Below are positions 17,463 through 25,035 of a DNA stretch of 64,000 nt, in pieces. The stretch's first letter is position 1; the number at the start of each line of letters is the position of its first letter. The notes under the pieces were generated by a model, which saw only the letters and a list, made by a program, of their open reading frames with translations, was not told the origin of the DNA and ran no database searches. Where the stretch lies: the IMG/VR virus record IMGVR_UViG_3300012189_000001, positions 5,110-69,109 of that record. One strand, given 5' to 3'. Source of the stretch: a virus. Position numbers and translations under genes: made by a program.

Positions 17463-18074
17463 ATGTTGAAATTTTCAGACCTTGTAGACATCATGATCCA
17501 GCGAGCAGAGCGTCTTGGTCTCGTCGAGCCCGATTCGAAAAAAGCCGACGCGGCAGAGATTGAACTTTATCTATTTCAAGCGCTCCTCGACATTACTGAC
17601 GGCGGGGATTTGCCTGCCTACATGATACAAAATACGTCCATTGCTACGACAACAATCGGAGTGGCACAGTATCCTCTTCCCGCAGATTTTGGGCGTCTGA
17701 TTACCCCCCGTGTGCAGAACAAGCGGGGTATCTATCTATTCGACACGTTTGAAATAGACGACTTGACGTATATTGAACCGAATGCGTTTGCCCGACAGGT
17801 ATCCACAACGAATGCCAAGCCGGAGCAGTTTACGGTCACACAGCGGAATCTATTCGTGTTCCCAACACCTGACAAAAACACCTACACGATTCGCGGTCTC
17901 TATATCCAACGTGTAGATCGACCCGAACTTGATGATGAGGTATTGATTATGTACCCCACAGCCCTCATTGATGAAGGGCTTTTTCGTCTGGCGTCGGACA
18001 TGAATCGCGCTACCCAAGCACTTACAATAATGCGCACAGAAGCTCTGGCGCGACTTACAGGGGGATCGAGGTAA
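17463..18074 (+). CDS. Head-tail adaptor/tail ring protein, paralogue 2
   Basis: RAERLGL and YPLPADFG...KPEQFTVTQRNLFVFPTPDKNTYTI; clearly similar to 15662. Confidence 0.75.
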   Translation: MLKFSDLVDIMIQRAERLGLVEPDSKKADAAEIELYLFQALLDITDGGDLPAYMIQNTSIATTTIGVAQYPLPADFGRLITPRVQNKRGIYLFDTFEIDDLTYIEPNAFARQVSTTNAKPEQFTVTQRNLFVFPTPDKNTYTIRGLYIQRVDRPELDDEVLIMYPTALIDEGLFRLASDMNRATQALTIMRTEALARLTGGSR

Positions 18075-18298
18075 TGAACTACACAGAGGTAAAGTCGGGA
18101 CACATTGCCGGTATTGCTTATGAGCATGAGACGCAAACCTTGGGTGTGAAGTTCAAAACGGGTGAAGAGTACATTTTTTCAGGTGTGCACCCAGTTATCC
18201 ATACCGAAATGATGGAAGCGGAATCTCCCGGCAAATATTTTCACAGCAATGTGCGTAATATTTTCCAGACAAAGCGTATTAATAGTGATCGGGGGTAA
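18074..18298 (+). CDS. KTSC domain protein
   Basis: VKSGHIAGIAYEHETQTLGVKFKTGEEYIFSGV...MEAESPGKYFHSNVR. Confidence 0.9.
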   Translation: MNYTEVKSGHIAGIAYEHETQTLGVKFKTGEEYIFSGVHPVIHTEMMEAESPGKYFHSNVRNIFQTKRINSDRG

Positions 18299-18306
18299 CA
18301 AAAATA

Positions 18307-19500
18307 GTGGCAGCGGTTACGCGGGTGAGCGCTAAAATATCCTCAGTAGAATTATTAGAAGTTGTCGAACCTCTTGATGTACTTCGTGAGTCGAGTAGCA
18401 ATGTGGCTATGGGTCCTATGCAGATTCAGGTGCAGCCGGGTGTTACCGGGCAGGAATTGCGCATTGTTGGTACTCAGGGTGTAAGCTCCATCAAGACGAT
18501 TTTTATCACAACTGATACGGATATTACGGTTTTGTATAATGGTACCGCGTCAGTCGCATTAGTAGCGGGGGGTTTCCATCTCATATCCGGTACAACACTA
18601 TCAACTGTGACACTTACGAATGCAACGGCAGATATTGCCGATCTCACTGTGTGGATTTTAGCTGGTTTCGAACCTCCTAACCCCGCAGGAACCGGCGTAT
18701 TTATTGTAGTCGGAAATGTACTTGGAAATGATGGTGCAACTTTAACACGGGACCTGCATCTAGATTTTCCTGCCGTGCCTTCTGGCGTATTTATGGTAGT
18801 TGGAAATGATGCAACTTTAACACCGGATATTCATATGACGTGTACTGCCGTGTCTTCTGGCCTTGTCGCTTGTTGGGATTTGGATGAGGTATCAGGTACA
18901 CGTGTGGACCATATAAGCGCGTTTAATCTCGCTGAAATGAATAGCATTGCTGGGGTTACGGGACATATTAGAAATGCGGCACAATTTTTGCTGACGAACC
19001 CTAATCACTATCTAGTAAATGTGAATAGCCCATTGTTTAATCTTGGTAGCAATCCTTTCACCATCGCTTTTTGGGTGCAGTTAACAAGTGTAGCTGCAAG
19101 CAATCAAATGGCCATTATCAGTCAAGGTACTACAGCAGGTGCGGGTCAATTTAATTGGTACATATACGCTCTGGGTGCTACACCAGCAATACGAGCAGTA
19201 TTTGAAGGGGGTTTCGCTGGTACAATTACGTCTTCAAGTACTCTCACTCTTGGCAACTGGACTTTCGTTGTGATATGGCATGATGGCGTCAATCTTCAGT
19301 TACAAATAAATAACGGAACTATTGATTCAGTTGCTGCCCATTTCGCAAATTTAGGTGCCGCTGGAGGCACGTTTGATTTTGGAGCTATTGGTGCCGGAAC
19401 TGATCCGTTAAGCGGACTTATTGATTCTACACAAGTTTGGAATAGGGTTTTAACGGCGGGAGAGAGAAGCACTGTGTGGAATGGCGGAGCGGGAATATAA
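18307..19500 (+). CDS. Virion protein with a C-terminal LamG/ConA-like domain
   Basis: GLVACWDLDEVSGTRVD...FTIAFWV...GLIDSTQVWNRVLTAGE. Confidence 0.75.
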   Translation: MAAVTRVSAKISSVELLEVVEPLDVLRESSSNVAMGPMQIQVQPGVTGQELRIVGTQGVSSIKTIFITTDTDITVLYNGTASVALVAGGFHLISGTTLSTVTLTNATADIADLTVWILAGFEPPNPAGTGVFIVVGNVLGNDGATLTRDLHLDFPAVPSGVFMVVGNDATLTPDIHMTCTAVSSGLVACWDLDEVSGTRVDHISAFNLAEMNSIAGVTGHIRNAAQFLLTNPNHYLVNVNSPLFNLGSNPFTIAFWVQLTSVAASNQMAIISQGTTAGAGQFNWYIYALGATPAIRAVFEGGFAGTITSSSTLTLGNWTFVVIWHDGVNLQLQINNGTIDSVAAHFANLGAAGGTFDFGAIGAGTDPLSGLIDSTQVWNRVLTAGERSTVWNGGAGI

Positions 19501-19521
19501 CGGAATATATAGGATAGGATT

Positions 19522-19884
19522 ATGGCAGGGATAGCACGGCTTGAAGCAAAAATGTCTACAACGACACCGCTTGGTATTACCGGGCCGCTAGATATCGTCC
19601 AAGCACTCGCAATAACGATTGATACCGGTCCCCTCCTTGTGCAAGTGGTTACCGGGGTAAGTGGACAAGCTGTACGTATCATAGGCACACAGGGTATTAC
19701 CACGGTGACGGGTCTACTTATCACGTCGGATCAGACCATTTCAGTGGGCTACAACGGTGGAACCGCTATAACACTCATTGCCAGCGGATTTCATATGTTT
19801 TCTGACACAAGTGTGACCGCGATAGCGATTACCAACGCATCTGGTAATACGGCGAATGTCACTATGTGGCTTGTCGGTTCATAA
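19522..19884 (+). CDS. Small structural protein, paralogue of the 18307 N-terminus
   Basis: Shares IxGTQG...ITxDxxIxVxYNG...GFH. Confidence 0.65.
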   Translation: MAGIARLEAKMSTTTPLGITGPLDIVQALAITIDTGPLLVQVVTGVSGQAVRIIGTQGITTVTGLLITSDQTISVGYNGGTAITLIASGFHMFSDTSVTAIAITNASGNTANVTMWLVGS

Positions 19885-19900
19885 TAGGACGAAATAAATT

Positions 19901-20323
19901 ATGGCAGCTTTTCAGAAATTTCAGTTTTTTGTGGAAGATGTTGGTAAGAAGTTGCACAATCTCAATACGGATACCCTTAAAGTTCTACTAACCAACACAG
20001 CGCCGGTTGCGGGAAACCACGTCTATGCGGATATCAGTGCTACAGAATTGGCGAATGGCAATGGCTATCTCACTGGTGGTACGGCCATTGGCGCGAACGC
20101 GTATTCTCAAGCTTCGGGTATTGCAAAACTCACAGGCAACAGTGTAGTATTTACGGCAACTGGCGCGATGGGACCATTTCGGTATGTTGCCATATATAAT
20201 GTCACGGCAACCAACAAAAACTTGATTGGTTTTTATGATTACGGACAGTCGATTACTCTAGCTAATGGTGACACCTTCACGGTTGCTTTTGACGCGACTG
20301 CGGGTATCCTTACGATTACGTAG
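19901..20323 (+). CDS. Conserved phage tail/fibre-associated protein
   Basis: HNLNTDTLKVLLTN...ELANGNGYLTGG...GPFRYVAIYN...LIGFYDYGQSITLANGDTF. Confidence 0.7.
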   Translation: MAAFQKFQFFVEDVGKKLHNLNTDTLKVLLTNTAPVAGNHVYADISATELANGNGYLTGGTAIGANAYSQASGIAKLTGNSVVFTATGAMGPFRYVAIYNVTATNKNLIGFYDYGQSITLANGDTFTVAFDATAGILTIT

Positions 20324-20331
20324 GGGGTGCC

Positions 20332-20793
20332 GTGAGTGCATTTACTATCACTGCTGCCAAGGGTTCATTCACCCTAGACGGAAAAGCTGCTCAATTGCGT
20401 GGCCCACTCCAAGCAATTGTGGGTGCGTTTACTTTACTTGGAAGTGTTGCAGGGGTCCGAGTTGATGCACAGGTATCAGCGAACGTTGGTACCTTTGTAG
20501 AAGCAGGGCAAAATGCAACGTTAAACGTAGTACTAGGTATGCCAGCCGCTGTTGGCGTCTTTGTGCTAACAGGCCAAACAGCGCAAATAGGTCGCGCTAC
20601 ACCTCCCCTTTCCGCTGTTGTGGGAGCATTTGTTGAGGCAGGTCAAAGCGCAACTTTTAATGTGACTCTCACCATGACGGCTAGTGTAGGGGTATTTACA
20701 GAGATTGGAAACGACGTCAGTTTTATAGCGAAACAAGCACTCATGCCAACAGCGCCTGGCATCATCTTCGATGCTCTTTTTGGCGGATTTTAG
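20332..20793 (+). CDS. Repetitive fibre-shaft-like structural protein
   Basis: About 20-aa repeats of A.VG.F...G..A. Confidence 0.65.
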   Translation: MSAFTITAAKGSFTLDGKAAQLRGPLQAIVGAFTLLGSVAGVRVDAQVSANVGTFVEAGQNATLNVVLGMPAAVGVFVLTGQTAQIGRATPPLSAVVGAFVEAGQSATFNVTLTMTASVGVFTEIGNDVSFIAKQALMPTAPGIIFDALFGGF

Positions 20794-20801
20794 AGGGGTC
20801 T

Positions 20802-21179
20802 ATGTCAGCACTTATTAAAGCGGAACTCGATCTCAAAGGCATTATTGACTCTCTCCCAATTGGCCCCTGGCCTTTTGCAAACTCGGGAGTCTATTCTATC
20901 TTTTTCGGCGCGAATATAAACCTGGCGACTGTTACTGCGGTGCAGGTTATTGGTGGTGTTAGTCCCATCATCTCTTCTATTACGACGATACAATTTCTGT
21001 TGATTGTGCCGACACAAACCATCAAAGTTGGTCTGCACGGGGTGAGTGCACAAGCAAATGGTTTTACACTGAATGCAAATGCTCCTCTATGCATTAACGG
21101 TGGAAGTCTCACATCCTTGAGTTTGTATAATTTGTCCACAGCCTCTGCAAGTATCTTTCTTGGCATTGGCGGAGTATAA
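20802..21179 (+). CDS. Small structural protein, distant paralogue of 19522
   Basis: Similar length and beta pattern; GAGG RBS. Confidence 0.6.
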   Translation: MSALIKAELDLKGIIDSLPIGPWPFANSGVYSIFFGANINLATVTAVQVIGGVSPIISSITTIQFLLIVPTQTIKVGLHGVSAQANGFTLNANAPLCINGGSLTSLSLYNLSTASASIFLGIGGV

Positions 21180-21181
21180 TC

Positions 21182-21847
21182 GTGAATCTTGGCGCTCTTG
21201 TAACTCTCGTGGAACAGAAATTAGGCAGTCAAACTACTTTTTATACCGATGCTGAAATCGTAGACCATGGGATTAACCCCGCGCAGCGACTTATATGTCT
21301 GACCTATCCTATGCTGAATTATGTGCGTACAACGGTAGCTGTCACGACGGATCAGCCAATTATTGACTTGCGAGAACTGCTTGACGGAAGCCTGAATATT
21401 ATTGGAAACCGATTTCGCCATGTGCGCCGTGTTTCTCTGGGCAATGTGACAGACAACCTTTCAACGCCCACTGCGGCAACTGGAGAGTTGCAAAAATTGG
21501 AACAGACAACAGTGAAACGCCTCGCCGGGCGTAATGACTGGTTCGCTTTGCACGGCGAAGTGCGAAAGTATTGGATGTGGGGTCAATACTTCCTTGGTGT
21601 GTATAAACGACCCATCGCTGCGACAACCTTGACGATCATATACAGCGCCGCTCCTGCTCCTCTTGCTCTTGCAGCACCAACAGGCATCCCAGACATTCCC
21701 GCTGTCTACCACCCTGTTATCGCGGAAATTGCCACGGGTTTGCTGATTATGAAAGAAGGTGCTCCACAGACAGAGCGTGGATTGGCCCGAATTAAAGCAG
21801 GATTAAATCTCGCACTACAAGATCCTGTCGCAGAAAGGCTAGGATAG
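21182..21847 (+). CDS. Adaptor/tail ring protein, paralogue 3
   Basis: MNLGALVTLV...GEVRKYW...LGVYKRP...PDIPAVYHPVI. Confidence 0.65.
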   Translation: MNLGALVTLVEQKLGSQTTFYTDAEIVDHGINPAQRLICLTYPMLNYVRTTVAVTTDQPIIDLRELLDGSLNIIGNRFRHVRRVSLGNVTDNLSTPTAATGELQKLEQTTVKRLAGRNDWFALHGEVRKYWMWGQYFLGVYKRPIAATTLTIIYSAAPAPLALAAPTGIPDIPAVYHPVIAEIATGLLIMKEGAPQTERGLARIKAGLNLALQDPVAERLG

Positions 21848-22491
21848 TGACCACTCTTGCCAATGAAATCACCCGTGTGCAACTCATGCTTCAAGATATT
21901 GATGTATCAGGCGGTAATATCACCCTGATAACTCAGTCAATCACTGAAGCTGCTCAGAAACTTGCGCGGCTAAATTACTTTCCACAAATCAGTTGGCTGC
22001 AAGGGATCACAGGCCAGAGTATCTACACATTGCCCGCCACCAATGTGAATATATCACATGTATTGTACAATGAAAAAGTTTTACGCTACGTTACTGAATC
22101 TTCCTTTGATCGACATATCACTGGATGGGAAAAACTCATAGGGGAACCTCGATACTGGACATACGACAACATTACACGAAATACCGTGCGGATCATCCCT
22201 GCCCCTTCGCGCACCGGAGCGGTTGTGGTGTTTGATCCTGATGACCCACTCGCCAATGCGGGTGTGAATAATTTAATTGTGTTCGCATCTGATGATGTGA
22301 GCGCTAACCTTGGCGCTGTTGTTATGCCCACGCTTCTTGATTATGATGACTTTATCGTGTATTATGGGGTATATTTACACGCAATGAAGGAAACAACTCA
22401 ACAGAATCAGCCTGTAGCCAATGCTGCAAACTTACTAGCAGAAATGTGGCTTCAACTCATGGAAAAGAGGAAAGCTAGTGGCCCGAACTAA
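21847..22491 (+). CDS. Adaptor/tail ring protein, paralogue 4
   Basis: GQSIYTLP...GEPRYWTYD...VRIIPAP. Confidence 0.65.
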   Translation: MTTLANEITRVQLMLQDIDVSGGNITLITQSITEAAQKLARLNYFPQISWLQGITGQSIYTLPATNVNISHVLYNEKVLRYVTESSFDRHITGWEKLIGEPRYWTYDNITRNTVRIIPAPSRTGAVVVFDPDDPLANAGVNNLIVFASDDVSANLGAVVMPTLLDYDDFIVYYGVYLHAMKETTQQNQPVANAANLLAEMWLQLMEKRKASGPN

Positions 22492-22666
22492 ATCATCTGA
22501 TATAGGTATGTGGAAAGAGCCTACGCATAAAGAACAAGCTGATCATCATATTGATGAGGCGGTCAAGCATGCGGCATTAGAGCATCCTCAGACCAAAAAA
22601 CTCATGAAGAGTATCAAAGCAGATATGTTGAAGGCGTCGAAAGCCCCAAAAATAAAGAAAAAGTAG
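22478..22666 (+). CDS. Small Lys/His-rich basic protein
   Basis: GAGG RBS with GTG start; ends KASKAPKIKKK. Confidence 0.6.
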   Translation: MARTKSSDIGMWKEPTHKEQADHHIDEAVKHAALEHPQTKKLMKSIKADMLKASKAPKIKKK

Positions 22667-22667
22667 C

Positions 22668-23465
22668 ATGAAGAAGTACCCTACTGGGCTTGTTATTGCT
22701 CAAGATTATCAAATGGAGTTGGTGCGCAGTTTTCTTTTTGGTGGTCAGTTAGATGGGCATCTTCCTTTTTTCTTTGTTGGACATAATGAAAATATAAATA
22801 TAGCAACTGTTCCACAAGATATATGGCCACTTGGTGGGCTCTACCAATTTCCAACAAGTGCAGTAGCTGTCGAAGTTCTTTCGTCATCGGCGAATGATAC
22901 AGCGGCTGGAACAGGTTTGAGAACGGTCTCAGTCAGCGGTCTCGACGCTGATTACAACCCCATAGCTCAGATCGTGACATTGAATGGCACCACGCCAGTG
23001 GCACTTACACAGCAATATTTCCGCATTAACGGTTTTATTGGTTTGACTGTCGGTTCGGCTGCGAGTAACGTTGGCGACATTACAATAAGAACGGCATTCA
23101 GTCAGACCATTCTTAGCCGTATTCCTGTTGGCCAAGGGCGAGCACAACAGGCGATATGGACTGTGCCTGCGGGAAGAACATTTTTTGCAAAACATGTTTC
23201 AGCGGGGATTAAAAGGATCAAGGCGGGTGATTTTGTAAGTATTGTTATACACACACGGGCAGCGGGAGGGCCGTGGACCCGACGAATCACTTTGCCACCA
23301 GCGAATACGGGTACCAACTTTGTCATATTTGAAACTAACATACCGGCTGTAGTCGCAGAAAAAACGGATTTGCGCTTTACGGCTGTGGATGTGGCATTAG
23401 ATGCTACTGCGGTGCAAGCTACGATTCTCGGCGTTCATGTGGCCAACGCAGACACTTTTTGGTAA
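22668..23465 (+). CDS. Conserved phage structural protein
   Basis: SSSANDTAAGTGLRTVSVSGLDADY...VTLNGTTPV...FRIN motif, common in phage virion modules. Confidence 0.7.
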   Translation: MKKYPTGLVIAQDYQMELVRSFLFGGQLDGHLPFFFVGHNENINIATVPQDIWPLGGLYQFPTSAVAVEVLSSSANDTAAGTGLRTVSVSGLDADYNPIAQIVTLNGTTPVALTQQYFRINGFIGLTVGSAASNVGDITIRTAFSQTILSRIPVGQGRAQQAIWTVPAGRTFFAKHVSAGIKRIKAGDFVSIVIHTRAAGGPWTRRITLPPANTGTNFVIFETNIPAVVAEKTDLRFTAVDVALDATAVQATILGVHVANADTFW

Positions 23466-23470
23466 TCACT

Positions 23471-24871
23471 ATGGCTGTACAAAGTCTAGGAAATCCGCAA
23501 ATTAGTGGACGTACCGTCGATGAATTGCGCGTATCGACACAATTTTGGCTGCAACAAGTTTTCAACCATCTTGATAGGGTCACTGGGTTACGCGGTAACC
23601 CCAAACTTTTCAGTTCCCTTGATGTGGGCGGCAATAGTATCATAAATGTGGCAGCAGGATCAAATCCTACTGATGTTATTGTAAAATCGCAAGCATTGAC
23701 ATTGCAAACAACGCCGACGGGTACGGTGTTTAACGCGAACACAACGCCCATTGTCAACGCAGCCCCTGCTGTGCAGCCCACAGATGTCCCGACGTTGAAC
23801 CAAGTCGTGACTCTTATTACGACGACAATCAGCACAACGACATCAGGATTGACATTTACCGCGTTGGCTGTTGGATTTTCGATTAAGGGCGGTGTAGCCC
23901 CCAAAACCTTAACGGTTGATCTAAACCTTACTGCATCAACGAGTATCAGTGTAGCGGGAACTGCGAATCGAATCAGTACGAGTGGAAGCACCTCACTTTC
24001 TGTCGGTGGTACGATTAGTACTATTGACATTGCAGCTACCTATGTTGGACAGGCCAGCATTACCACGCTGGGAACTATCAGTACTGGTACATGGCAGGGG
24101 TCAGTCATTGCTGGACAGTATGGCGGTACAGGTGTAGCAAACACCGGGGAAACAATTACGCTTGGCGGCAACCTCACAACCACTGGGGCATTTGCCTCGA
24201 CTTTTACGGTTACAGGAGCTTTTACATACACTTTTCCTGGTGGCACAAGCACATTACTGGCGAACAACTTTGGTATCACTGGCGGTACCACCTTAATTGG
24301 AGACACCGCAGCAAGCGGCAATTTGACTTTTCAGTCTACAAGTAATGCTACTCGCGGTGCTGTGCTCTTTCAAATAGGGCAATCGACAGGATTTGCCGGG
24401 CTCGTTGGCATTATAGACGTGCAAACGAGTAGCGCAGGCATTGGTAACACCGCAGACACGAATGATGATACGCTTTTTACGTACACGTTACCCATTAATG
24501 CGTTAAACACAAATGGAAAGTCACTACGCGGTATCGCCAACGGTCATTTTGCGACAAATGGTAATAACAAACGAGTCAAATTCTTTTTTGCCGGGACAGC
24601 AATTGCTGATTCCGGTGTTGTGACTTCGAACAATGTTGACTGGACATGCACTTTTGAACTTGCACGTATAGACAGTACCCACGTATCCGCTGTGGGGGTA
24701 TTTACGGCCAACGGTGTTGCTTCCGTTGTCACAGTGACTCCCAATCTGGTGGTAGCAGATTTGACTGCGAACACAAGTATCGTTAAAATTACTGGGGCGT
24801 CTCCAACCACTGGAGCAGCAAATGACGTGTTGGGTTACCAAATGCGCACACGCTTTGAACAGCTAACATAG
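23471..24871 (+). CDS. Tail fibre protein (no signal peptide)
   Basis: YVGQASITTLGTISTGTWQGSVIAGQYGGTGVANTG fibre repeat; Thr/Gly-rich. Confidence 0.75.
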   Translation: MAVQSLGNPQISGRTVDELRVSTQFWLQQVFNHLDRVTGLRGNPKLFSSLDVGGNSIINVAAGSNPTDVIVKSQALTLQTTPTGTVFNANTTPIVNAAPAVQPTDVPTLNQVVTLITTTISTTTSGLTFTALAVGFSIKGGVAPKTLTVDLNLTASTSISVAGTANRISTSGSTSLSVGGTISTIDIAATYVGQASITTLGTISTGTWQGSVIAGQYGGTGVANTGETITLGGNLTTTGAFASTFTVTGAFTYTFPGGTSTLLANNFGITGGTTLIGDTAASGNLTFQSTSNATRGAVLFQIGQSTGFAGLVGIIDVQTSSAGIGNTADTNDDTLFTYTLPINALNTNGKSLRGIANGHFATNGNNKRVKFFFAGTAIADSGVVTSNNVDWTCTFELARIDSTHVSAVGVFTANGVASVVTVTPNLVVADLTANTSIVKITGASPTTGAANDVLGYQMRTRFEQLT

Positions 24872-24879
24872 GCAGATGT

Positions 24880-25035
24880 ATGAAAAAGCTTTGCATACTG
24901 ACCCTCGAAGAATCTGATCAATTGATTGCACTGCTTGTAGAGCTCCCAATTAAGTACCTCCCCCTTGTGCAGCAGATTCAGCAGTTTCTCCAAGGAAAAT
25001 TTCTTGAGGAAGCTGAGCCAGTAAAAGAGAATTAA
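24880..25035 (+). CDS. 51-aa helical protein, possible fibre chaperone (not in ORF track)
   Basis: MKKLCILTLEESDQLIALLVELPIKYLPLVQQIQQFLQG; fills the gap between fibre and nozzle. Confidence 0.6.
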   Translation: MKKLCILTLEESDQLIALLVELPIKYLPLVQQIQQFLQGKFLEEAEPVKEN

